NCBI GenBank assembly: GCA_963766715.1
Contig: CAVYBH010000012.1
Coordinates: 32,001-96,000 of the forward strand
Direction: 5' to 3'
Length of the DNA: 64,000 bases
DNA from: an uncultured delta proteobacterium
GTDB lineage: Bacteria; Myxococcota; Myxococcia; Myxococcales; Anaeromyxobacteraceae
The notes beneath the pieces were generated by a model, which was not told where the DNA came from, did no database searches, and saw only the letters and a program-made list of their open reading frames with translations. The translations under genes were made by a program, and so were the position numbers. This document shows positions 12,178 through 24,004 of this stretch, piece by piece. Each line of letters begins with the position of its first letter. Positions within the stretch are counted from its first letter, which is position 1.

Positions 12178-13519
<1,342 letters not shown>

Positions 13520-13631
13520 CTGGCGGTTCTCCGGGGTCGAAAGGAGGCGCGCAATATACCCCGGACCCCGGCCCATCGCGCAGGTGCAAAATCGCCGTAC
13601 CGCGGTAATATCGCGGGCTTCCATGTCCTCC

Positions 13632-16124
13632 ATGAACGAGCGATACGAGCCGAGGTCCATCGAGCCGCGCTGGCAGAAGCGCTGGGACGACGCGGGCGTG
13701 TTCCGCGCCGGGCGCCGCGCCGGCGCCGAGAAGCGCTACGTGCTCGAGATGTTCCCGTACCCGTCGGGCGCCATGCACATGGGTCACGCCCGCGTCTACA
13801 CCATCGGAGACGCACTGGCCCGCTTGCTGCGCATGCGGGGCTACGACGTGCTCCACCCCATGGGCTTCGACGCGCTCGGGCTCCCCGCCGAGAACGCCGC
13901 CCTGAAGGACGGGCGCCACCCGGCCGAGCGCACGCGCGAGAACATCGACGCCTTCCGCGCCGACATGAAGCGGGTGGGCTACGCGTTCGACTGGAGCCGG
14001 GAGTTCGCCACCTGCGACCCCGAGTACTACCGCTGGAACCAGTGGTTCTTCCTGCGCATGCTCGAGAAGGGCATCGTCTACCGGCGCCAGGGGAAGGCCA
14101 ACTGGTGCACCGGATGCCAGACCGTCATCGCCAACGAGCAGGTGGTGGACGACAACGTCTGCGAGCGCTGCAGCTCGCCGGTGGTCGAGAAGGTCATCCC
14201 GGAGTGGGCCTTCCGCATCACCGACCTGGCCGACGACCTGCTCGAGGGGCTCGACGGGCTCCGGGAGTGGCCGGAGCGCATCACCACCATGCAGCGCAAC
14301 TGGATCGGACGGAGCGAGGGGGCCGAGGTCGACTTCGCCGTCGACGGCTCCGCCGAGAAGATCCGCGTCTTCACCACCCGCGTGGACACGATCCACGGCT
14401 GCACCTACGTGGTGCTGGCCCCGGAGCACCCGCTCACCGCCCGCCTCGCCGCGCCGGAGCGGCGCGCCGAGGTGGAGGCCTTCGCCGCCCGCATGGCGCG
14501 GATCGACCCGGCCGAGCGCACCGGCGAGTCGGCGCCCAAGGAGGGGGTCTTCACCGGCGCGTACGCGGTGAACCCCTACGGCGGGGCGAAGGTCCCGGTG
14601 TGGATCGCCAACTTCGTGCTGGCCGGGTACGGCACCGGCGCGGTGATGAGCGTCCCGGCCCACGACCAGCGCGACTTCGAGTTCGCCCGGAAGTACGACC
14701 TCCCGATCCGGGTGGTCATCCAGCCGGCCGAGGGGGCGCGGCTGCCGGCCGGAGACGCGCTCGAGAAGGCCTTCACCGACGACGGCGTGCTCGCCGACTC
14801 GGGGCCTTTCTCCGGGCTGCGGAGCGACGAGGCCCGCCGCCGCATGTCCGCGCTCGCCCGCGAGAAGGGGTTCGGGGAGCCGGCGGTGAAGTACCACCTG
14901 CGCGACTGGGGCTTCAGCCGGCAGCGGTACTGGGGCACGCCCATCCCGGTGATCTACTGTCCGGAGCACGGCGCCGTGCCGGTTCCCGACGACCAGCTGC
15001 CGGTGACGCTGCCCTCCGAGGCCATCATCACCGGCACCGGCGAGCCGCCGCTCGCCAAGGTCGCGGCCTTCGTGAACACGACGTGCCCCCGCTGCGGCAA
15101 GCCGGCCCGGCGCGAGACCGAGACCATGGACACGTTCGTCGACTCGTCCTGGTACTACGCCCGCTACCTCTCGCCCCACGACGCCGAGCGCCCCTTCGGG
15201 CAGGACGAGGCCCGGCGCTGGCTCCCGGTCGACGTCTACGTGGGAGGGCCCGAGCACGCGGTCATGCACCTGCTCTACTTCCGGTTCTGGCACCGGGTGA
15301 TGGAGCGGCTCGGGCTGGTGTTCGAGAAGGAGCCGGTCAAGCGGCTCGTCACCCAGGGCATCGTGAACGGGCCCGACGGCCGGAAGATGTCGAAGCGGTG
15401 GGGCAACGTCGTCCAGCCCGGCCCCATCGTCGAGCGCTTCGGCGCCGACACGATGCGCATGTTCATGCTCTTCGCCGCCCCGCCGGAGAAGGACATCGAC
15501 TGGTCGGACGAGCAGGTGGAGGGGATGTTCCGGTTCCTGGCCCGGGTCTGGCGCATCTTCCACGCCCGGCAGGACACCTTCCTCGTGCCCGACCGCCTGC
15601 TGGCCGACGCGGCCGGGCCGTTCCTCGAGCTCCGGCGCAAGACCCACCGGACCATCAAGAAGGTCACCGAGGGGCTGGAAGGGGAGCTCAAGTTCAACAC
15701 CGCCATCGCCGCGCTCATGGAGCTCGTGAACGAGATCTACGCGCTGGAGCCGGCCACCGATCCGGACCGGGCGGCGGTGAAGGAGGCGCTGCTCGCGGTG
15801 GCGGCGCTGCTCGCCCCGTTCGCTCCCCACGTCGCCGAGGAGCTCTGGCACGAGGTGCTCGGTCCCGCCGTCCGGGACCAGCTGCTCGCCGAGGCGCCCT
15901 GGCCGGGTTTCGACCCGGCGCTCGTGGTGGCCGACGTGGTCACCATCGCCGTGCAGGTGAACGGCAAGCTGCGGGGCGAGGTGTCCGCACCGGTCGCGGC
16001 CGGTGAGGCCGAGGTGCGGGTGCTGGCCGAGCAGGAGGAGCGCGTCCGTGCGCACGTCTCGGGCAAGACCATCCGGAAGGTCGTCTTCGTGCCCGGCCGG
16101 CTCATCAACTTCGTGGTGACATGA
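13632..16124 (+). CDS. leuS: Leucine--tRNA ligase
   Basis: MFPYPSG.HMGH, editing domain [37 protein letters not shown]. Confidence 0.98.
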   Translation: MNERYEPRSIEPRWQKRWDDAGVFRAGRRAGAEKRYVLEMFPYPSGAMHMGHARVYTIGDALARLLRMRGYDVLHPMGFDALGLPAENAALKDGRHPAERTRENIDAFRADMKRVGYAFDWSREFATCDPEYYRWNQWFFLRMLEKGIVYRRQGKANWCTGCQTVIANEQVVDDNVCERCSSPVVEKVIPEWAFRITDLADDLLEGLDGLREWPERITTMQRNWIGRSEGAEVDFAVDGSAEKIRVFTTRVDTIHGCTYVVLAPEHPLTARLAAPERRAEVEAFAARMARIDPAERTGESAPKEGVFTGAYAVNPYGGAKVPVWIANFVLAGYGTGAVMSVPAHDQRDFEFARKYDLPIRVVIQPAEGARLPAGDALEKAFTDDGVLADSGPFSGLRSDEARRRMSALAREKGFGEPAVKYHLRDWGFSRQRYWGTPIPVIYCPEHGAVPVPDDQLPVTLPSEAIITGTGEPPLAKVAAFVNTTCPRCGKPARRETETMDTFVDSSWYYARYLSPHDAERPFGQDEARRWLPVDVYVGGPEHAVMHLLYFRFWHRVMERLGLVFEKEPVKRLVTQGIVNGPDGRKMSKRWGNVVQPGPIVERFGADTMRMFMLFAAPPEKDIDWSDEQVEGMFRFLARVWRIFHARQDTFLVPDRLLADAAGPFLELRRKTHRTIKKVTEGLEGELKFNTAIAALMELVNEIYALEPATDPDRAAVKEALLAVAALLAPFAPHVAEELWHEVLGPAVRDQLLAEAPWPGFDPALVVADVVTIAVQVNGKLRGEVSAPVAAGEAEVRVLAEQEERVRAHVSGKTIRKVVFVPGRLINFVVT

Positions 16125-16603
16125 GAAGCGCCCTCCTCGCCGCGGCGCTGTGCGGCCTGGCCGCGGCGGCCGGGTGCGGCTACTCCGCCACGGCCGGTGT
16201 CTCCCGGATGCCGCCAGGCGCGGAGAAGGTGTTCGTGCCGTCCTTCGCGAACCGGACCGCCGACGCGGAGGCCGGTGCGCTGGTCGCGTCGGCCCTGCGG
16301 GAGGAGCTGGCGCGCCGCGGGACGGAAGGCGGGGAGGGCTCTCGCGCCCGCATCGACGGAACCGTCACCCGGGCCTCGGTGGCGCCGGTGACGACCCAGA
16401 GCGGGACCTGGCGCCTCGTCTTCGAGGTCCAGGCGAAGCTCGTCGTCGACGGCAAGGACGGTGCGTCCCTGACCATCCGGCGCGAGGTGGACTACCTGGG
16501 CGAGGTGGACGCCATCGCCACGGAAGGGCGGCGGCGGCTGGCGCTGCGCAGGGCGGCGTCCGAGGCAGCCCGCGACATCGCGGAGCGCCTCGAGACGCCC
16601 TGA
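16121..16603 (+). CDS. lptE: LptE-like lipoprotein
   Basis: Lipoprotein signal ending AAGCGY; FANRT motif; directly follows leuS as in the conserved leuS-lptE order. Confidence 0.7.
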   Translation: MRSALLAAALCGLAAAAGCGYSATAGVSRMPPGAEKVFVPSFANRTADAEAGALVASALREELARRGTEGGEGSRARIDGTVTRASVAPVTTQSGTWRLVFEVQAKLVVDGKDGASLTIRREVDYLGEVDAIATEGRRRLALRRAASEAARDIAERLETP

Positions 16604-16604
16604 A

Positions 16605-16877
16605 TCACTTCGCCGGAGCGGCCTTCGCGACGGCCTTGGCGAGGCGCGCGATCTTCCGCGAGGCGGTGTTGCGGTGCACGACGCCCTTCGAGGAGGCCTG
16701 GTCGATCATCCGGGCCGCCGCGAGGAACGCCTCCTGCGCCGCCGCCAGCTCACCCCGCTCGAGGGTTTCGCGGACCTTCTTCACCGCGCTCTTCACGCGG
16801 GTGCGCACGCCCTGGTTGCGGGCGCGGCGCTTCTCGGACTGGCGGTTGCGCTTTTCGGCGGAACGGGTATTGGCCAA
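16605..16877 (-). CDS. rpsT: 30S ribosomal protein S20
   Basis: ANTRSAEKRNRQ..SKGVVHRNTASRK; TTG start after AGGGGAG. Confidence 0.97.
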   Translation of the reverse strand: MANTRSAEKRNRQSEKRRARNQGVRTRVKSAVKKVRETLERGELAAAQEAFLAAARMIDQASSKGVVHRNTASRKIARLAKAVAKAAPAK

Positions 16878-16912
16878 GTGTGCTTCTCCCCTGGGGTTCT
16901 CGAAGGCCGCGG

Positions 16913-16941
16913 TTTCTACCGCCCGAGCCGCGAGACGTCAA
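16913..16941 (-). promoter_or_regulatory. Putative sigma70 promoter of rpsT
   Basis: TTGACG-N17-TAGAAA on the minus strand. Confidence 0.55.
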
Positions 16942-16979
16942 GCGTTTTGCATGGACGGCCCACCGCTCGACACGCTGAG

Positions 16980-17179
16980 TTATCCACCTTGGGGGTTTTT
17001 CAGGATTGCCAGCACCCTCTCGGGCGCCCCCTTCCGGGTCCAACCAAAACGGAACATCGACAACCGTCCGGAATCATTGAGGTCGATGTGGTATCTGGAC
17101 CGTGACAGAAGGTTAATTCGAGGGTCGGGTGGGTAGAAAGCGACGGAGTCAATTTCCACTTGTCCACGTACTTTCCACG
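16980..17179 (+). promoter_or_regulatory. Cluster of DnaA-box-like 9-mers in a lower-GC intergenic region
   Basis: TTATCCACC (16980), ATTTCCACT (17152), TTGTCCACG (17160), CTTTCCACG (17171); 1-2 mismatches to TTWTCCACA. Confidence 0.45.
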
Positions 17180-17203
17180 AAGGCCGAGGAGACCTCCTAG
17201 GAG

Positions 17204-18053
17204 TCAGGAAGTCTTTGGAGTTTGGCCGAAAACCGCCTTCGCCTCGTCCCAGAGACGGTCCATCTCGGCGAGCGTCGCGGTGCCGTGGGGCTTGCCTTGA
17301 CGCTGCAAGCCCTCCTCCACGTAGTGGAAGCGGGCGATGAAGCGGCCGAGCGTTCCGCGCAGCGCCTCCTCGGGCGGAATCCCCAGTTTCCGGGAAAGGT
17401 TGGCCACGGCGAAGAGGACGTCCCCCAGCTCGTCCTCGATGTGGGCCCGATCCCCCGACGCGATCGCCTCGTCCAGCTCGGCAGATCTCCTCGGCGACCT
17501 TGGCGCGGGCCCCTGACGCATCCGGCCAGTCGAATCCGATCCGGCTCGCCTTCTCCGTCAGCCTCTCGGCGCGGGCCAGCGCGGGCAGCTCACGCGGGAC
17601 CCCCTCGAGCACGCTCTTCCCGCGCCCCTTGGCCTCGTTCTCCTTCTTCTTCAGCGACGCCCACTGGCGGAGCACGGCCTCGGCATCGCGGACGTCGGTC
17701 GCCTCGGGACCGGGACGGTCGTCGGCGCTGCGCGCGTCCGGACCGAAGACGTGTGGGTGCCGGGAGAGGAGCTTCTCCGAGATGGCATCCGCGACGCCGG
17801 CGAGGTCGAAGCGCCCTTCCTCCTCGGCGAGGCGGGCCTGGAAGACGATCTGCAGGAGGAGGTCGCCCAGCTCCTCCCGGTGCGCCTCGGGATCCCCCTC
17901 GTCGATGGCCTCGAGGACCTCGTAGGTCTCCTCGAGGACGTACGGGCGAAGGGACTCGAGGGTCTGCTCCCGGTCCCACGGGCAGCCGTCCGGGCCCCGC
18001 AGGCGGGCCATGATGGCGACGAGGCGCTCGACGGCCAGGGAAGTTCGGCTCAT
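17204..18053 (-). CDS. mazG: Nucleoside triphosphate pyrophosphohydrolase MazG (indel ~17483)
   Basis: GCPWDREQT, EETYEV, EELGDLL, RHPHVFG, GFDWP; second DELGDVLF domain in ORF 17204..17521. Confidence 0.95.
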
Positions 18054-18102
18054 GGCGCCGGTTTCTAGCGCGGAACACCCCGTGCTAGCATCGGAATCTC
18101 CC

Positions 18103-20194
18103 GTGAGAGCCCGAGCGTTCGCCGTCGTCGCCGTGTTTCTCCTCCTGCCGGCCCTCACGGGGGCCCAGGTCCATGCCCCCTCGCTCGTCGAGGGAGAGCT
18201 GCCCCCGGAAGAGCCGAAGACGCGGAGCGCCAGGGCCGGGGAGGCCGTTCCCGAGCCTGCCCAGCCGCCCGAGCCGCTTCCCCCGCCGGTCGCGGCGCCG
18301 GGTCCCAGGGACGCCGCCCCGTCCCCTCCGCCGGGCGCCGTTCCGGGCGTGACCATCTCCGCCGAGGAGATCCGCCGGTTCCAGCGCCCGATCGAGCCGG
18401 TTCGCATCTCGCCGGCCCGGATCGAGGAGCTGTGGCGAGCCCGCCGGGCGGCCATCCGGGAGCAGGACGCGGCAGGAGCCCGCCAGGCCGCCCTGTCGCT
18501 GCGCGACGCCATGCGGGAGCTGGGGATCCTGAGCCTCCCGTGGCACGCCGTCGCCGAGGTCCGGGAGGCCGAGCGCGCCCTGCGCGCGCGCGCCGTCGAC
18601 GACGCCGTGGAGCGGTCCTCGGTGGCGGTCGATCTCGCTCCCGACCTTCCGGAGGCCCACTTCGCGCTGGCCCGCGCCCGCATCGCGACCTCGCCCACGC
18701 GACCGCTCCCGGCCCTCTCGGCCGCCGGTGCAGGCATGGTCGCCGCCGCCCGGGACCCGCACGTGGCCCGGGCGCTGCTCGGCGACGTGGCCGGTGCGGC
18801 CATCGCCGCGCTGTTCGGCGCGGCCGCGGCCACCATCGCCATCCTCTTCCTCTCCCGGCTGCGCCTCTTCCTCCACGACTTCCGCCACCTCCCGGTGGTG
18901 CGGTCGGGAACACCCGGTCAGGCCACGGCGCTCGCGCTGGCCCTGCTCGCGCTGCCGGTCGTCTTCCGGCTCGGGCCGTTCGCCCTGCTCCTCGTGGGCG
19001 CGCTCGCCGCCTGGGCCTACCTGTCCCGCTGGGAGCGCATCGCGGCGACGGCGTCCCTCCTGGCGCTCGTCGCCATTCCCTGGCTGGCCGGGGAGGCCGT
19101 GCGGATCACCGCCTGGCAGGGGACGCTCGCGGACGACGTCCACGAGATCGAGGCCGGCTGGCCGACGCCCGCCTTCGTGGCCGGGCTGAAGGAGCGCTCC
19201 GAGCGCGAGGCGCTCCCGGCTCCGGCCCTGCTCGCCATCGGGCGCTGGCACAAGCGGCAGGGGCAGCTCGACCGAGGCGAAGCGCTGGTACGAGGCTGCG
19301 CTGGCGGCGGACCCCCGCTCCGCGGAGGCCCAGGTCGACCTGGGAAACGTCCTCTTCCTGGAAGGGGACATGGACGGGGCCAAGGCCGCCTACCTGGCCG
19401 CCGTCGACCGCGCGCGCGACCTCTCCACGCTGGCCGCCGCGCAGTACGACCTCTCCAAGCTGTACCTCCGTCTCGCCGCGGTGGGCCAGTCCTCCGAGGC
19501 GAGGCGAAAGGCGCAGCAGGCCGACGCCGCCTACCTCGCGCAGCTCGGCTCCGACGAGGACTTCCGGGCCAACGCCTGGCTGGTGGACGCGCTGCCCTCG
19601 GCGGAGCGGCTCGGCCAGCTCGCGTCGCAGGACGGCGCTCCCCGCGCGGTGGCGGACGCCGCGCTGCGCCGGGTCGGTGGACCGCTCTCGCGCTGGGGCT
19701 GGCCGGCGCTGCCGCTCGCGCTCACGGCGTCCCTCTGGCTGCTGGCGCTCGTCGCGCCGCGGCTCTCCCCCACGGCGCCCTGCGACCGCTGCGGCCTCCC
19801 GGCCTGCCGGCGCTGCGACCCCGCGGCCACGTCGAGCTGCGGCCAGTGCGTGAACGTCTTCCTCCGGCAGAACGCGGTGGAGCCGCTCGACCGGGCGCGC
19901 AAGGAGCGGCAGGTCCGCCGCCACGAGATGGTGACGCGCGTGACCGAGCGGGCGCTGGCGGTGGTCGGCGGCGGCGCCGGGCACGTGGCCGGAGGGCGTC
20001 CGATCCTGGGATTCCTCGTGCTCTTCGCGCTCCTCTTCCTCGCCTTCGTCGCCTGGTTCTGGCACGGCGTCATCCCGCCCCCCCAGCACTCCCCGTATGC
20101 CGCGGCGCTCCGGCTCGTCGTGGCGGTCCCGCTCTTCGCGCTGCTCTACGCGATCGCGGTGCGCGACGCCTTCCGCCGGACCCGCCCGGAGTGA
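18103..20194 (+). CDS. Multi-pass membrane TPR protein with a Cys cluster (indel ~19272)
   Basis: Signal peptide, TPR-like helices, several TM segments, CDRCG..CRRC..CGQC motif; joins ORFs 18010 and 19370. Confidence 0.75.
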
Positions 20195-20198
20195 TGCG

Positions 20199-21336
20199 AT
20201 GGCGCTGACCGGGACATTGAAGGACTTCGGGATCGCCGAGATCCTCCAGCTCATCGGCCAGCAGTCGAAGAGCGGGGTCCTGCACCTCAAGAACCGCGCC
20301 GACGAGATCCACGTGATCATGTCGAACGGCTCGGTCGTGAGCGCGGAGTACGCGGGACGGAAGGCCCGCGACAAGCTCGGCAGCCTGCTCGTCCGGGCGG
20401 CGCTCATCTCGCAGGAGCAGCTCGACGAGGCGCTCGCCGTCCAGAGGCGCACGCTGCGGCGTCTCGGCGACATCGTGGTCGACCTGGGGATGGTCACGAA
20501 GGAGCAGCTCCGGGAGACGACCTCGCTCCAGACCACCCAGACGACTCTACAAGCTCTTCCACTGGAAGGCCGGCACCTACGCGTTCGAGCCGCGCGAGGT
20601 GACCTTCGACCGCGAGACCGTCTCGCCGCTGCGCTGCGAGTCGGTCCTGCTCGAGGGCTACCGGCTCATCGACGAGTGGCCCATCGTCCGTCGCAAGATC
20701 ACCTCCGGGGCCATGACCTTCGAGCGCGTGAAGCTGCTCGGCCCGGAGGGTACCCGGGGCGACGGGACGGGGCCCCTCGACGGCGAGGCGGCGGCGCTGG
20801 GGAAGAACGAGTGGCGGGTCTACGAGCTGGCCACCCCCGGCGTAGCGGTGGAGCGGATCGCCGACCTGTCCAGGCTGGGCGAGTTCGAGGCCTCGAAGGC
20901 GCTCTTCAACCTGGTCAACCTCGGCGTGCTCCGGCCGGTGGCGCCCTCGCGCCGGTCGCCGGCCGCGGAGGTCGGGGCCTATGCCCGGGGCTGGCGGGAC
21001 CGGGTCCGGCGCGGCGCGTCCCAGGTGCTGGCCACCGTGGCCATCGCGATCGCGCTGGCCGCGCTCGTGGTCCTGGCCACCGGCAGCATGGGGACGTCGG
21101 CCATGCGATCCCTCGACGACAACCGGGGAGAGCGGTTCGTCTCCCGCTACCAGATCGAGCGGCTCCGCTCGGCGCTCGAGGTCTACCGCCTGGAGAACGG
21201 CGCCTACCCGGAGAGCCTGGACGCGCTCGTCGAGGTGGGGCTGGTCCGCCCGCGCGATCTCCGCTACCCGTGGTCGCAGGCCTACGCCTACGGGCGCCAG
21301 GGCGACGGGTACCGCCTCCTCCCGCCCGTGGAGTGA
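20199..21336 (+). CDS. DUF4388/PATAN-type protein with TM segment and C-terminal GspG-like domain (indel ~20543)
   Basis: MALTGTLKDFGIAEILQLI..KSGVL; KLGSLLV..ISQEQLDEAL..RLGDI; TM helix; ALEVYRLENGAYP..L..PW. Confidence 0.8.
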
Positions 21337-21406
21337 CCGCGGGCGGCGTGCCGAGCCGGCCCGGGGCGGTTACACTGCCCGCGGGCGCATCGCCCGAGGA
21401 GGCCGA

Positions 21407-22414
<1,008 letters not shown>

Positions 22415-22463
22415 TCGGAGCCAGGAGTCGCGCGGCGTCGGCACCGGAATGCCCTGGCGCTAC

Positions 22464-22598
22464 TTACCAATCCGATGACGCTGGGCCGACGAACCAGAGC
22501 ACCACCTTGATGAGCAGTCCCGTCCCGGCTGCGAAGGCGCCGGCCAGGACCCCAAGGGTGCCCAGCTTGACGAAGAACCGTCTGGAAGCCGACGCCAT
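22464..22598 (-). CDS. Putative 44-aa membrane peptide (below the ORF-track cutoff)
   Basis: MASASRRFFVKLGTLGVLAGAFAAGTGLLIKVVLWFVGPASSDW*; GC3-rich codons; possible TTGTCC-N16-TACGAC promoter just upstream. Confidence 0.55.
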   Translation of the reverse strand: MASASRRFFVKLGTLGVLAGAFAAGTGLLIKVVLWFVGPASSDW

Positions 22599-22869
22599 CG
22601 ACGGGTGTCGTAATCGTTGGGAGAACCCGGACAAGTGATTCGCGTGGACTATTTCGCCTCTGCGTGAAGCGGGCCGGGAGTGAAATGAGAGCCGGCCTCA
22701 TACGGCCCCTGTCCACCCATACGCAGACTCGTCGCGCTCGTTTCTTGCGGCGCGTCGTCGCGGGTCCGTCCGACTGCCTCGGCGGATTGTCGTGCACGTC
22801 GAACGGCGCCCGGCGCGGGAGCGACACCCGGAGGACGTAGGGCAGTCGGCTCGCCCCATCCCGGATCCC

Positions 22870-22897
22870 TGGACGGACCCTGGCGCACGCCTATGTT
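22870..22897 (+). promoter_or_regulatory. Sigma70-like promoter of repeated element copy 1
   Basis: TGGACG-N16-TATGTT, identical spacing to 39404-39431. Confidence 0.5.
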
Positions 22898-22903
22898 CCG
22901 GGC

Positions 22904-23002
22904 GTGGAGGCGCCGTCGACCTGCGACGGCCCGCCCTCGGCCTGGGGTGTCGATCCTCCACCTGCCACCGCGCGCCTCCACTCCCGGGCGCGCGGATGGC
23001 AG
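22904..23002 (+). ncRNA. Candidate structured small RNA, copy 1
   Basis: GTGGAGG(22904)/CCTCCAC(22955) closing stem around two hairpins, then hairpin CTGCCACCGCGCGCC..GGCGCGCGGATGGCAG; blocks shared with 39438-39545. Confidence 0.5.
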
Positions 23003-23030
23003 TCGACGTCCTGGCGGAGGTGGCCCTGAC

Positions 23031-23057
23031 CCGGGTAGTTGCTTCGGGTCTACCCGG
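23031..23057 (+). terminator. Hairpin with cUUCGg loop (possible terminator or 3' stem; no U-tract)
   Basis: CCGGGTAG..CTTCGG..CTACCCGG. Confidence 0.35.
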
Positions 23058-23153
23058 ATGACCCGCGTGCCGGCGCGCCTCCCGTCCCTACGCTGAGAGT
23101 GTAGCGAGAAGGCCGTCGTGGCCCGGATGCAGGGGCCAGAAAGGGAGGAAGTC

Positions 23154-23426
23154 ATGAGAGCGGCCATTCGACTGGGAGTCGTTGCGGGGCTTGCGCTCGC
23201 ATTCGCCGGTGTTCCCGGCTGGGGGTTCGCGGAGGACGAGGAGACGAAGCCGGTTCCCGAGGAGGCAGCACCCAAGGAGAAGGTCCCGTGCGAGGTCAGC
23301 GACCCGTGCGTGGACATCCTGCCGGGCGCACCCGGCATGGAGCCGGAGCCCGACCAGGCGATCGTGGAGGGCGCCGGTGAGAAGGCGCACCGCGAGTGGG
23401 TCGAGACGATCTGGATCACTCCGTAG
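23154..23426 (+). CDS. Small secreted hypothetical protein
   Basis: RBS GGGAGG; signal peptide; acidic mature part with two Cys; ends AHREWVETIWITP. Confidence 0.75.
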   Translation: MRAAIRLGVVAGLALAFAGVPGWGFAEDEETKPVPEEAAPKEKVPCEVSDPCVDILPGAPGMEPEPDQAIVEGAGEKAHREWVETIWITP

Positions 23427-23531
23427 CGCGACGTACCGGCCACGAGATGGCTGGATCCAGGCCGAGCGGTCCGGTGGACGGGCCGCTCGCGTCGTCCGAG
23501 GCGGCGACTCCCGGCAGGGCGTGCTTCCCCG

Positions 23532-23858
23532 TCAGGGGAACGAGTACACGGTGGGCCACTGCGGTTCCTGCTGGGTGAGCAGGGACCACACGTCGTCCCC
23601 GGGCTCGGTTCCCGCCGAGGGCTGCAGGATCACCGCCTCGGCAGCGGGGACCGTCGAGACGGGGAACCAGTGGGCTGCGAGCAGCTGGAGCGCCTGCTCC
23701 TCGTCCGCCGCAGCGACGTACAGCCAGCAGGAGGGCGGGCCCCCCTCCGCGACCTTCCGCACGTTCACCGGAATCCCGGCGACCCGCAGCAGGGCGGTGG
23801 CCTGCTCGGCCTGGTAGACCGGCACCCCAGCGAGCACTTCGACAGGGCTCCATGGCAT
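23532..23858 (-). CDS. Hypothetical protein (DUF2007 / ring-building-motif-like pattern)
   Basis: A..A.ALL..AGIP..LYV...DEEQALQLL pattern; TAGGAT box 9 nt upstream of ATG. Confidence 0.55.
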   Translation of the reverse strand: MPWSPVEVLAGVPVYQAEQATALLRVAGIPVNVRKVAEGGPPSCWLYVAAADEEQALQLLAAHWFPVSTVPAAEAVILQPSAGTEPGDDVWSLLTQQEPQWPTVYSFP

Positions 23859-24004
23859 AGGGAGCGAATCCTAGTGCGGCGGCCGCCGGATGAGGATCCC
23901 TCCTGCGTAGGGGCCCTCGGAAAGGCTAACCCCGTGGCGGCCCGTTCCGGGCGGTCGAGGGGTGGAGGCGCGCGCCGGCCTGGCCTTGCCAACCGGTCGG
24001 CCCG

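Noticed and set aside
16980..17179. oriC
   Set aside because: No dnaA/dnaN/rpmH neighbours, no clear DUE and no strand-bias switch; kept only as a DnaA-box-like cluster
22685..22840. Short + strand ORF MRAGLIRPL.. with an SD-like GGGAG
   Set aside because: Atypical codon usage and composition; no supporting motif
22904..23002. Element as tRNA, tmRNA fragment, Pxr, 6S or cobalamin riboswitch
   Set aside because: No T-loop or anticodon arm, CCA not placed at a stem end, no cobalamin-box motifs, and no Pxr-type context that I can recognise; an Rfam search is still needed
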